Source: Candidatus Aminicenantes bacterium
GTDB lineage: Bacteria; Acidobacteriota; Aminicenantia; UBA2199
NCBI GenBank assembly: GCA_022865785.1
Contig: JALHTJ010000205.1
Coordinates: forward strand, 1 to 47,730
Length of the DNA stretch: 47,730 nucleotides
Reading direction: 5' to 3'
The position numbers and the translations under genes are program-made. The notes under the pieces are model-generated. The model searched no databases. It worked only from the letters and a program-made list of their open reading frames with translations, and was not told where the DNA came from. The number at the start of each line of letters is the position of its first letter. The stretch's first letter is position 1. This document shows, piece after piece, positions 1-8,095 of the stretch.

Positions 1-647
1 AGGGCTTCATGAATGTCCTTGCTTTCCTTGACCGGCTTGCCCGCAATCTCGACGATGACATCACCGCTTTTCAGGCCGGCCTTGGCCGCGGGGGTATCCT
101 TCTCCACCCCGGTGATCAGCACCCCTTCACCGGCCTTGACATTGAAATAAGCGGCCAGGTCGGTATCAAATTCCAGCAAATTCACTCCCAGATAAGCGCT
201 GGAGCGGATGGTCTTGGACAACTTGCTCCCATGCCAGATTAGGCGCTTCGGACGTTCGTACTTGCCCAGGACCGCTTTGACCTCCTGTGCCTTGCCGTCT
301 CGCCAGAGGCCGATCTTCAGCGCGCTGCCCGGCGCCAGTTCGCGAATGATATCCGTCAAGGACTGAGTATCGCGGATCTTCTCGCCGTTGACCGACAGGA
401 TGACGTCATCTTTCTGGATGCCGGCCTTGGTGGCGGCGCTTTCCTTTTCGACGCCCACAACCAGCACGCCGTGCGTTATGCCCAGTTTCTCGCGCTGGGA
501 GCTGTCCGGGCGCTGCACCGAAACACCGAGAAAACCGCGTTCGCTCTTTTCAGCGGCCAGCAGCGCCAGGGTCCCGGTCAATGCCAGCACCATGACCACG
601 GTCAGCGCCGCCTTCACCGTGCCGTTCATTTTTTTGAATTTATCCAT
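1..647 (-). CDS. Secreted protein with two PDZ domains. The 3' end runs off the window, and it is absent from the ORF track because no stop codon lies inside the window.
   Basis: Hand translation of the minus strand from ATG 647-645 (GGAGG at 657-653) gives MDKFKKMNGTVKAALTVVMVLALTGTLALLAAEKSERGFLGVSVQ...GVLVVGVEKESAATKAGIQKDDVILSVNGEKI...AYLGVNLLEF...GVLITGVEKDTPAAKAGLKSGDVIVEIAGKPVKESKDIHEAL. It has a hydrophobic signal-like N-terminus and two PDZ-type blocks. The frame is open for 215 codons down to position 3. Confidence 0.75.
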   Translation of the reverse strand, partial: MDKFKKMNGTVKAALTVVMVLALTGTLALLAAEKSERGFLGVSVQRPDSSQREKLGITHGVLVVGVEKESAATKAGIQKDDVILSVNGEKIRDTQSLTDIIRELAPGSALKIGLWRDGKAQEVKAVLGKYERPKRLIWHGSKLSKTIRSSAYLGVNLLEFDTDLAAYFNVKAGEGVLITGVEKDTPAAKAGLKSGDVIVEIAGKPVKESKDIHEA

Positions 648-765
648 TGTGTCCTCCTCATAAAATGCTTTTCACCCTTCAAGATGCCGGGAAGACGGAA
701 AAAGTTTCGAAAATAATTTTTTAAGGTTTTTTGTTGCGGGCAAAACAGATCCTGGGGGCTGCAGG

Positions 766-930
766 TCAGCGCGTTTTCGCGGCCACGCCCACGAACTGCC
801 TGGCATAATATTTGGCGGTCAGCTTTTCGCCGCAGGCTCGCTCGATCATCTCGTTCCAGGGCCAGCGCCAACGTTTCAACTGCCTGAACTCGCCGGCGAT
901 AGCATGGACCTTGTTCAATTGGATCTGCAA
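766..930 (-). CDS. Possible small ORF or gene remnant: a coding-like frame with no ATG or GTG start (TTG at 930 or 918).
   Basis: The frame reads ...ALQIQLNKVHAIAGEFRQLKRWRWPWNEMIERACGEKLTAKYYARQFVGVAAKTR-TGA (stop at 768-766). Third codon positions are almost all G/C, as in the real genes nearby. It is in frame with the upstream 988..2868 ORF. No RBS was seen. Confidence 0.25.
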   Translation of the reverse strand: MQIQLNKVHAIAGEFRQLKRWRWPWNEMIERACGEKLTAKYYARQFVGVAAKTR

Positions 931-987
931 AGCGGTCGAACATTGATAACGGTTCGCGGCTTTTTTTGCTTTTTTACAGCCCGAGGA

Positions 988-2868
988 TCAATTCAAATTT
1001 TTGAATTTCAATTCCCGCAGGTCGGGAAAGGCGAAAAGCCTGGTCCTGCCATTTTCCAGCAAAGTGATCCCGGATTTATCAATCCATACGTGTCCGAAAT
1101 ACGGGCCGCGGAAATTCAATTGCTTGAGAAAAACCATTTTATCGTCCTGCAAACGGTAAATTTTTCTCCACTTATCAGGTTTACCATGGCCCGGGGGCCA
1201 AGCTTCATATTCGCTGTAAAAAAAATCTCCGGGCGGAATGAAAAAGATCTGACCACGATCAGGCCCGACATCGTCCATGGTCAACGTGTCCAGGTCGAGG
1301 CGGACAATGCGCTTGTCCCGCTTGCCATAAATTTCCCTGGCATTCCCGTTATCCATTCTACTTTGGAAAAAACCGCCAAATTGAAATTCGCCGTCGATCT
1401 CCTTGACCGTTTCGCTTCCGTTGGCCAGCAGCCGGCGGATGACAAGCGATTTACCGGAATGGGAGAAGAGCAGGTGCCCGAAGTAAGCTGGCACCTTATG
1501 CGAAAATCCAAGATCCTCGACCTGGCCATCTTCCCATAGCCTGATGATGTTTGCCCTTTGGTTACCGACCAGCCAGAACTGCCGGCCGTCGATCTCGTCA
1601 TGGGCAAAAATAACAGGACCATATCTAATGGGAAATGGGGGGACATGATAGGAAAGTATCTTGGACTTTTCGCTTTTCATATCGATCACGACCAGGTCCA
1701 GGCGGACATTTTTCAGTGGCACGGCTGGTTGCCTCCCCGCCTTTTCGGCCTCTTCACGGCTTCGCTGCAGAAAAACCAGGTTTTGTCCGAATTGCCGGAA
1801 GGCGGAAAATGCATTGTTGGCCAAATAGTTATGCGGGATGCGGCGCACGGTATCCCAGGCGAGATCGTCCAGATTCAGGCGAATGACGACCATAGAATTA
1901 TCTTGCACATCATAGGCTGTCAGGAACAGCTTCCCGGGCGATCTAAAGTCGTGCCAATTCCAAATGAAGCTCTGCTTGGTGTCGATCCGGCGCTGCCGGT
2001 TTTCAGAATGGAGGGTCAGCTTTCCCAGCCAGCCAGTTCCCAACAGTTGTCCGTTTTCCAGGATATAGTAGTGCCTTTCGTCATACGCGGAGCTTTTCTG
2101 CACGATGTAGGTGACCCCCAGGGAAGCCGCAATGGCCAGGAGCAGAAGGGGAATGAACAACATCAATTGACGGCGGTTGAAGGCCTGGGCCGGTTTCAGG
2201 TCGAATTTCTTGAAGGCTAGAAAGAAGGAGATCACAAAGGGGGCGGCCATCAACAGGAAAACGGCGATGGCCGTGAGCAAGCTGGAGACATCGTAGTTTA
2301 GGTCCAGCCAAGGCCTGGGGCCCAACCAAGATGACGGCATGCCGAATTTCCAGGCGAGGCCCAGGGCGCAGGTGAACAGGCAGAGGACCATGTAACCGCA
2401 CAAGGCGATCCCGGCCCATATCGACTGGACAATGAAGTTCTCGTGAACCAGCGACAAGGAAAAGGAGATAAGGAACAAGGCGAAGTAAGCCAGGCTGAAG
2501 GCGGTGAATCCCCCGCCGAAGGCGTCGCTCCCCATGAAGCCATAGATAAGCGCGAAAGCGAGGTAAAAGAGGACGACAATTGCCAAGCGCGGCAGCAGCT
2601 TGATGAACAGCAGCCGGCGCCGGGAAATGGGCAGGGTGAGCAGGTATTCCATTCCCTTTTGCTTGCTGTCCATGGCGAACGGTGAAAGGCCGAGGAACAT
2701 GGAAAACATCAGCAGCCAGAAGCCCAGAATGATGATGATCGTTTCACCCGCGAACTGGGGCTTGCCTTGCATTAAATTTAGCAGGGCCATCAGCAGGACC
2801 ATCCCGGCCGTGGCCAGTACGAAGTACAATGACTGTTTGGAAACCTCAAGCCATTCTTTTCTGTTCAT
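988..2868 (-). CDS. ABC-2-type membrane permease (about 7 TM segments) fused to a C-terminal soluble domain of about 350 aa with unknown fold.
   Basis: This is ORF 988..2931. I prefer the start MNRKEW at 2868, which is preceded by GGAGG (revcomp of ccgcctcc). The N-terminal half has repeated hydrophobic stretches (LYFVLATAGMVLLMALLNL, IIIILGFWLLMFSMFLGL, LAIVVLFYLAFALIYGF and others). It lies last in a GntR-ABC ATPase operon. The C-terminal half is hydrophilic and beta-rich looking. Confidence 0.7.
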   Translation of the reverse strand: MNRKEWLEVSKQSLYFVLATAGMVLLMALLNLMQGKPQFAGETIIIILGFWLLMFSMFLGLSPFAMDSKQKGMEYLLTLPISRRRLLFIKLLPRLAIVVLFYLAFALIYGFMGSDAFGGGFTAFSLAYFALFLISFSLSLVHENFIVQSIWAGIALCGYMVLCLFTCALGLAWKFGMPSSWLGPRPWLDLNYDVSSLLTAIAVFLLMAAPFVISFFLAFKKFDLKPAQAFNRRQLMLFIPLLLLAIAASLGVTYIVQKSSAYDERHYYILENGQLLGTGWLGKLTLHSENRQRRIDTKQSFIWNWHDFRSPGKLFLTAYDVQDNSMVVIRLNLDDLAWDTVRRIPHNYLANNAFSAFRQFGQNLVFLQRSREEAEKAGRQPAVPLKNVRLDLVVIDMKSEKSKILSYHVPPFPIRYGPVIFAHDEIDGRQFWLVGNQRANIIRLWEDGQVEDLGFSHKVPAYFGHLLFSHSGKSLVIRRLLANGSETVKEIDGEFQFGGFFQSRMDNGNAREIYGKRDKRIVRLDLDTLTMDDVGPDRGQIFFIPPGDFFYSEYEAWPPGHGKPDKWRKIYRLQDDKMVFLKQLNFRGPYFGHVWIDKSGITLLENGRTRLFAFPDLRELKFKNLN

Positions 2869-3691
2869 AACCGCCTCCGATAAATGCTTTGATGATCTCC
2901 GCCAGAGCGATATCCTGAAAATCCAGGGCATGTTCCGCCCGCAACTCCTCGCGGAACGGGTATATATAATATTCCTTATATATCCCTTCGGTCTTGCTGA
3001 AAAAACAGGGCAGGGTTGCGGGCAGGGAGCCGGGAACCACGACCTTTTTCATTTGGCCGCGCAGCGCTTCGCTTGTTTGGTCGATGACGAATTTGCCGTC
3101 ATCCATGACCAGCACGCGCTCGGGAATTTTTTCGATCTCGCTGAAGGTATGGTTGACCGTGAGCACCGTGGCCTGGCTGGCGGCCAGGTGTTCAATCAGG
3201 GTCTCGATGAACAGCTCGCGGATATAGGGGTCGAGCATGTGCATGACCTCGTCGACCAGCAGCAGCGACGGCTTCTGCGACAAAACCAGCGATAGGTGCA
3301 GGATGGCCCGCTCGCCTGCCGACAGCTTCCTGATCCTGTCTTTTTGGCTTAGGCCAAGGCGCTTGAGCAGGCGGTCGTCGAATTCGCCGATGGCGAACAC
3401 CCGGCAATGGAAGGCGATGGCCCGCTCCACGGTCCAGTCCTCGAACAGGCTGAGGGCGTCGGAAATGAAGCCGGTCTTATTGGCAGGGGCTTCCTGCGAA
3501 CAAATCACCTGGCCTGAATCGGGCAGCAGCACGCCTGCCAGGCAGCGCAAGAAGGTGCTCTTGCCCACGCCGTTGCGGCCGGCGATCACCGCCCACTCCC
3601 CCTTGGCAAAGGAGACGCTCAGGCCGTCAATCACTTTTTTCCGGGAGAAACCCAGTGACAAATCGCGGATTTCTACAATTGCTTGGTTCAT
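2846..3691 (-). CDS. ABC transporter ATP-binding protein
   Basis: Walker A GRNGVGKST, signature LSAGERAILHLS, Walker B LLLVDEVM. Its ATGA overlap with the GntR stop (3688-3691) indicates coupling. Confidence 0.9.
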   Translation of the reverse strand: MNQAIVEIRDLSLGFSRKKVIDGLSVSFAKGEWAVIAGRNGVGKSTFLRCLAGVLLPDSGQVICSQEAPANKTGFISDALSLFEDWTVERAIAFHCRVFAIGEFDDRLLKRLGLSQKDRIRKLSAGERAILHLSLVLSQKPSLLLVDEVMHMLDPYIRELFIETLIEHLAASQATVLTVNHTFSEIEKIPERVLVMDDGKFVIDQTSEALRGQMKKVVVPGSLPATLPCFFSKTEGIYKEYYIYPFREELRAEHALDFQDIALAEIIKAFIGGGYEQKRMA

Positions 3692-4053
3692 TTTTTGATC
3701 CTCTCTGCAAGTTGCTTGATGTCTTCCAGGGTAAAGCCGAGCGATACGGCCTTCTCCAGGAAATTCTTGAATTCGCTTTCCAGCATGGCCTTGCGCAGCG
3801 AGTCCTGTCGCCCGGCGGGGACCCTGACCCGGCTGCCGCTGCCGCTGCGGTTCTCGCTGAAGCCCTCAGCCTCCAAAGCGTAATACGCCTTTGCGACGGT
3901 GTTGGGATTGAGCTTGAGCAGCTTGGCCAGGTCGCGAATGGACGGCAGCAGGTCGCCGTCGCGCAAACCGCCGGAAAGCACTTCCAGCTTGATCGCCTGG
4001 ATAACCTGCTGGTAGACCGGCAGAGGCGATTTCGCGTCGATTGTCAGGTTCAT
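3688..4053 (-). CDS. GntR-family transcriptional regulator, short YtrA-like type
   Basis: A 121-aa protein with a winged-HTH block: PLPVYQQVIQAIKLEVLSGGLRDGDLLPSIRDLAKLLKLNPNTVAKAYYALEAEGF. It is the first gene of an ABC operon, as in ytrA-type loci. Confidence 0.85.
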   Translation of the reverse strand: MNLTIDAKSPLPVYQQVIQAIKLEVLSGGLRDGDLLPSIRDLAKLLKLNPNTVAKAYYALEAEGFSENRSGSGSRVRVPAGRQDSLRKAMLESEFKNFLEKAVSLGFTLEDIKQLAERIKK

Positions 4054-4077
4054 GGCCTTTTCCTCCCGGTTTTCATT

Positions 4078-4114
4078 GTATTACTATTATAATACACTTT
4101 CTCGTTTTTGTCAA
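4078..4114 (-). promoter_or_regulatory. Consensus sigma70-type promoter for the GntR operon, with an overlapping inverted repeat that is a candidate autoregulatory operator.
   Basis: On the minus strand: TTGACA (4114-4109), 17 nt, TATAAT (4091-4086). The inverted repeat GTATTA-N6-TAATAC at 4078-4095 overlaps the -10. Confidence 0.6.
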
Positions 4115-4329
4115 CTAAAATATTTCCTTGGCTTGCTTTTTAAAATGGCTAGGAAAATTAAAGGCTGGATTGTAGCCGTACCAATTCCTGGTTTTCAAAT
4201 TCGCTGGCAGGACCGGCAAGTTCTTATTGATTATCCTTTATATATGTGACTTGTCCGACCACAGTCAATGAATTAAGAGTTTTTCCCAGTTGCGCCGGGG
4301 GCGGTTTTCAAGTATAATAGCCGGCGAAG

Positions 4330-4402
4330 GGCGGCGTAGCTCAGTCGGTAGAGCAGACGGCTCATATCCGTTATGTCGGGGGTTCAATTCCCTCCGCCGC
4401 TA
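4330..4402 (+). tRNA. tRNA with CAU anticodon (elongator Met or Ile2/lysidine type; not an initiator). No encoded CCA.
   Basis: Hand-folded cloverleaf: acceptor GGCGGCG/CGCCGCU (G1:U72), D stem GCTC/GAGC, anticodon stem GACGG/CCGTT with loop CTCATAT, variable loop ATGTC, T arm GGGGG-TTCAATT-CCCTC, discriminator A. It lacks the 1:72 mismatch and the GGG/CCC anticodon stem of initiator tRNAs. Confidence 0.85.
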
Positions 4403-4445
4403 TTTTTTCCCCAGGCAGAAAAAGGGGGAATATGCCGCGACACCC

Positions 4446-5798
4446 ATGAAACGCCTGTTCCCGGAATTCAAGAAAAACATCGAAGCCCATGAACTCGTCC
4501 GCCTCAACGATACCGTCATCTTCGGCTTTTCCGGAGGCAAGGATTCGGTGACCCTGGCGGTATTGCTTCAGGAGCTGCAAAAGCATATCCCCTTCCGTCT
4601 GCTGGCCGCCTACTTCAACCACGGCCTGCGCAGCGACGCCGGGGAAGAAGAGAAGTGGGTGCGCGCGTTCTGTGCCGCCCGCGGCATCGAGCTGGAGACC
4701 GGCAGCCGCGACCTGCGCCGCTTTCGCGAGGAAAACCGCCTGAACCTGGAGCACGCCGCCTCGCTTTCGCGCTACGATTTTTTCGCGACGCTGGCAAAAA
4801 AAATCCCCGGCGCCCGCGTGGCCACGGCCCACAACCGCTCCGACCTGAGCGAGACCTTCTTCATCAAGCTGTTCCGCGGCAGCGGCCTGCAGGGCCTTTC
4901 GGCCATCTTCCAGAACAAGGAGAAAAAGATCATTCGCCCGCTGCTGATCTTTTCCGAGGCGCAGATCCTGGCTTTCCTGGAGCGGAACCTGATTCAATTC
5001 TACCAGGACCCCAGCAACCTGCAAGACGATTTTTTGCGCAACCGCATCCGCCACCGGCTGATGCCGGTCGTCAAACAGATCGAGCCCGAAAGCGAGGAGC
5101 GCATTTTCAGGACCGTGCTGCTCATCCAGGACGAATTCGATTATTTCCAGGGCCAGGCGCAAATGATCCTTGATAGGAAACTGCTCCTGGGCGCCGTGCT
5201 TCCCGCAAAGGCGTTCGCGGGACTGCACCAGGCCCAAGCCCGCCACCTGGCCCGCGAATACCTGCGCCGGCAGAAAGGCAACCTGCTGGGCGTGGGCTTC
5301 GAGCACATCGCCGATTTTTTACAGAGCCTGGAAACGGGCCGCGGCCTGTCCCTGCCCGGGCTGAACCTGAAGTTCGCCAAGGGCTGGATCTTCCCGGAAA
5401 AGACGCGCATCGGCGAATACAGGGTGGAGATCGCGGCAGAAGGGCGCTGGCCCCTCGCCGAAATCGGCCGTGTAATCACGGCAAAAAAGTCTGCCCGTTT
5501 TCGCCTGCCCAAAGACAATTCCCAAATCGTGGTGCCGGCGGCGCTCCTGAAATTTCCCCTGCTTGCCCGCCCGGCGCGCCGTACCGACAAGTATCGCAAG
5601 ATCCATGCGCCCTACCGGCAGAGCGTCTTTGAAATGATCCGCAGTTCCGGGGTACCGGCCCCGCTGCGCCGCCTGTGCCCGCTGCTGGAGAACGGCGACC
5701 ACGAACTCATCTGGGTCTGCGGATCGCCGCTGGCCCAGGCCTTCGCAGTGGACGATCCCAGCCAGGGCCCCTTTGTTTGCATCCAGGTCAAACCCTGA
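4446..5798 (+). CDS. tilS: tRNA(Ile)-lysidine synthase
   Basis: PP-loop motif GFSGGKDSVTL near the N-terminus, about 450 aa. The start was moved to ATG 4446 (MKRLFPEF) because the track ORF start at 4290 would read through the tRNA gene. Confidence 0.85.
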   Translation: MKRLFPEFKKNIEAHELVRLNDTVIFGFSGGKDSVTLAVLLQELQKHIPFRLLAAYFNHGLRSDAGEEEKWVRAFCAARGIELETGSRDLRRFREENRLNLEHAASLSRYDFFATLAKKIPGARVATAHNRSDLSETFFIKLFRGSGLQGLSAIFQNKEKKIIRPLLIFSEAQILAFLERNLIQFYQDPSNLQDDFLRNRIRHRLMPVVKQIEPESEERIFRTVLLIQDEFDYFQGQAQMILDRKLLLGAVLPAKAFAGLHQAQARHLAREYLRRQKGNLLGVGFEHIADFLQSLETGRGLSLPGLNLKFAKGWIFPEKTRIGEYRVEIAAEGRWPLAEIGRVITAKKSARFRLPKDNSQIVVPAALLKFPLLARPARRTDKYRKIHAPYRQSVFEMIRSSGVPAPLRRLCPLLENGDHELIWVCGSPLAQAFAVDDPSQGPFVCIQVKP

Positions 5799-6090
5799 CC
5801 GGGCAGAAACTCACTGAATTCATTTAAAACATTCCAGGAATGCTGCCTGCGGGGCTTTTTCCGACATCTACTTCAGCTAAATCCCGTCCGCATTCCGGCC
5901 GGGAAGCGACTCCGCCCATTTTTCTCTAAAATGGGCTGCGTACGCCGATTCAGCAGATGATCGGAAGCGCCCCGGCTGCGAATGCATAGGATATCAGAAA
6001 GAGCCCCAACTTATATCACCGGAAAATGGTGGTGCGGCCCGGCCTGAGGGTTTGCAAATCGCTCGCCGCTATAATAATATACAATTCACC

Positions 6091-7575
6091 ATGCCAGACA
6101 AGCAACTGCCAGAAATATTGAAAAAGCCGCACATCTGGTGCTTCAGCACCTATTTCGCCGAAGGCTTCCCATATTCCATCATCCGCTCCGTTTCCACGCT
6201 ATTCTTCCGCGACATGGGCGTCAGCCTGGAAGGCGTGGGGTTGACCACCTTTTTCGGACTGCCCTGGATCCTGAAATTCTTCTGGGGGCCGCTGGTCGAC
6301 GAATTCGCCAGCAAGCGCCGCTGGCTGCTGGCCATGCAGGCCGCCCTGGCCGTCATGATCGGGGCCACGGCCTTCCTGGTCCCCCTGCCCGGCGGCGTAC
6401 GCCTGATCGCCATCGTGCTTTTCATCGGGGCTTTCGTGGCCGCCACCCACGATATTGCCATCGACGGCTACTACCTGGCCGCCCTGGATAAGCAGGAGCA
6501 GGCCAAGTTCCTGGGCTACCGGGTGATGGCCTATCGCGTGGCCATGCTCACCGGCAGCGGCGTAATTGTGACCATCGGCACCGCGATCGGCTGGTTGGCG
6601 GCATTCCTCAGCGCCGGTCTGCTGCTGGGACTGTTGACCGCCTACCACTATTTTTTCCTGCCCGAATGCGAAACGCAGCGGCGCCCTTTCGGGCAGATGC
6701 TGCGGCTGATATGCAAACCGCGACTGTTTTCCTATGCCCTGGCGCTTGCCGCCGCGGTGACGGCCCTGGTATTGTTTTTCAACTCGGCCCGCTACCAGAG
6801 CTGGCAACAGACGGCACCGCTGCTGAAAGAACTGAATTTTCCGCGCAGCGTCGGCTTGGGGCTGCTGCTGGCCCTGGTGCTCATGGCCGTGTTCCGCAAG
6901 AAGCTGGCCGCGGTCATGACCCGCGACCCCGATTCTTTTTACGGCAAGGCGTTTTTGACGTTCATGGACCAGGAAAAGATTGGCGTGATCCTGGCTTTCA
7001 TCGTGCTGGTGCGTAGCGGCGAATTCATGGTCAGCTCCATGGTTTCGCCATTCCTCGTCGACCTGGGCGTCAAGCACCACTACGGCTGGATCTCGGGCGG
7101 CATCGGCCTGCCCGCTTCCATCGCCGGCGCCCTGCTGGGCGGCTGGATGATCTCCCGTTTTACTTTAAGAAAAATGATCTGGCCCTTCCTGCTGGCCCAG
7201 AACCTGACCAACGTCGCCTACATGCTGCTGGCCGGCGGGCTGGCCCGCTACCTTGCGGTCAACACCGGCGCCGTGCACCTGACCTCCGTGGGCGCGGGCA
7301 ACCTGCTGCTGGTGGCGGCCGTGCACGGTTTCGACCAGTTCGCCAGCGGCCTGGGCACAGCGGTGCTGATCACCTACCTGATGCGCATTTGCAAAAGCGA
7401 GTTCAAGGCCGCCCATTTCGCCATAGGCTCGGGACTGATGAGCCTGGGCGGGATCGTGGCCGGGATCAGCAGCGGCTTTATCGCCTCCTGGCTCGGCTAC
7501 GGCGGCATGTTCGCCATCAGTTTCCTGATCGCCGTTCCGGGCATGCTGCTCTTGTTCTGGGTGCCTAAGAAATAG
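6091..7575 (+). CDS. ampG: AmpG-family (PAT) MFS permease
   Basis: Multi-TM protein with the AmpG-like N-terminal pattern FAEGFPYSIIR...GLPWILKFFWGPLVDEFASKRRWLL. ATG at 6091 (MPDKQLPE). The track start at 6052 is non-ATG. Confidence 0.65.
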   Translation: MPDKQLPEILKKPHIWCFSTYFAEGFPYSIIRSVSTLFFRDMGVSLEGVGLTTFFGLPWILKFFWGPLVDEFASKRRWLLAMQAALAVMIGATAFLVPLPGGVRLIAIVLFIGAFVAATHDIAIDGYYLAALDKQEQAKFLGYRVMAYRVAMLTGSGVIVTIGTAIGWLAAFLSAGLLLGLLTAYHYFFLPECETQRRPFGQMLRLICKPRLFSYALALAAAVTALVLFFNSARYQSWQQTAPLLKELNFPRSVGLGLLLALVLMAVFRKKLAAVMTRDPDSFYGKAFLTFMDQEKIGVILAFIVLVRSGEFMVSSMVSPFLVDLGVKHHYGWISGGIGLPASIAGALLGGWMISRFTLRKMIWPFLLAQNLTNVAYMLLAGGLARYLAVNTGAVHLTSVGAGNLLLVAAVHGFDQFASGLGTAVLITYLMRICKSEFKAAHFAIGSGLMSLGGIVAGISSGFIASWLGYGGMFAISFLIAVPGMLLLFWVPKK

Positions 7576-7759
7576 AACGAACTCGGTGGGCGGTTGACGG
7601 TGGACGACAAGAAAATGGCCTGAGGTTCGAGATTCAATGTGATGGAATAAACAAGACATTCGTTCATGGCTTTCTTTATTCCCCCTGAACCCTATACCCT
7701 ATTCTTGACGTTCTATGTGAAGGAATAAATTCCAAATCACAAGCGGCAATTTTTACATT

Positions 7760-8056
7760 TTAATTTTTATCGACAATACCCGCTTCTTTCATATAGGCGA
7801 TTAATGCGTCTATCAAAGCTCTTGTTTTTTCAACTTCTTTATCCTGGGCTGATTGTTGAAGTGCCGCTGCGATTTTCGCACCTTTTTCCAATTCAAAAAC
7901 TCCGGCTGTGCCTTTAATGTCGTGGGCGATTTTTGCGATGTCTGCATATTTTGCTTCTTTATATAAAGCTGGAAACTCCAGGATATTTTTTGCTATGGTT
8001 TCCTTGAATTCCTTTCTCAATTCTTCCATGAAATCCGCTTCTTCATTTGTACTCAT
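7760..8056 (-). CDS. Stand-alone histidine phosphotransfer (Hpt) protein
   Basis: A 98-aa helical protein with the Hpt motif HDIKGTAGVF. Confidence 0.8.
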   Translation of the reverse strand: MSTNEEADFMEELRKEFKETIAKNILEFPALYKEAKYADIAKIAHDIKGTAGVFELEKGAKIAAALQQSAQDKEVEKTRALIDALIAYMKEAGIVDKN

Positions 8057-8095
8057 TTTTAGCTCCCATGACTAACTGTCAAAGCGCTATATTCA

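Noticed and set aside
626-943. Track ORF of 105 aa on the minus strand (MFDRFADPIEQGPCYRRRVQ...)
   Set aside because: It is Arg-rich with a junk-like composition, and it overlaps the start and RBS of the PDZ gene. The neighbouring frame has much stronger third-position G/C bias, so it is treated as a shadow ORF.
2869-2931. Longer start (2931) for the permease-fusion gene
   Set aside because: It would overlap the ATPase gene by 86 nt. ATG 2868 has a GGAGG RBS and only a 23-nt overlap.
4290-4445. N-terminal extension of the tilS ORF (track start 4290)
   Set aside because: The extension reads straight through a well-folded tRNA gene (4330-4402). The internal ATG at 4446 gives a normal TilS N-terminus with the SGGKDS PP-loop about 30 residues in.
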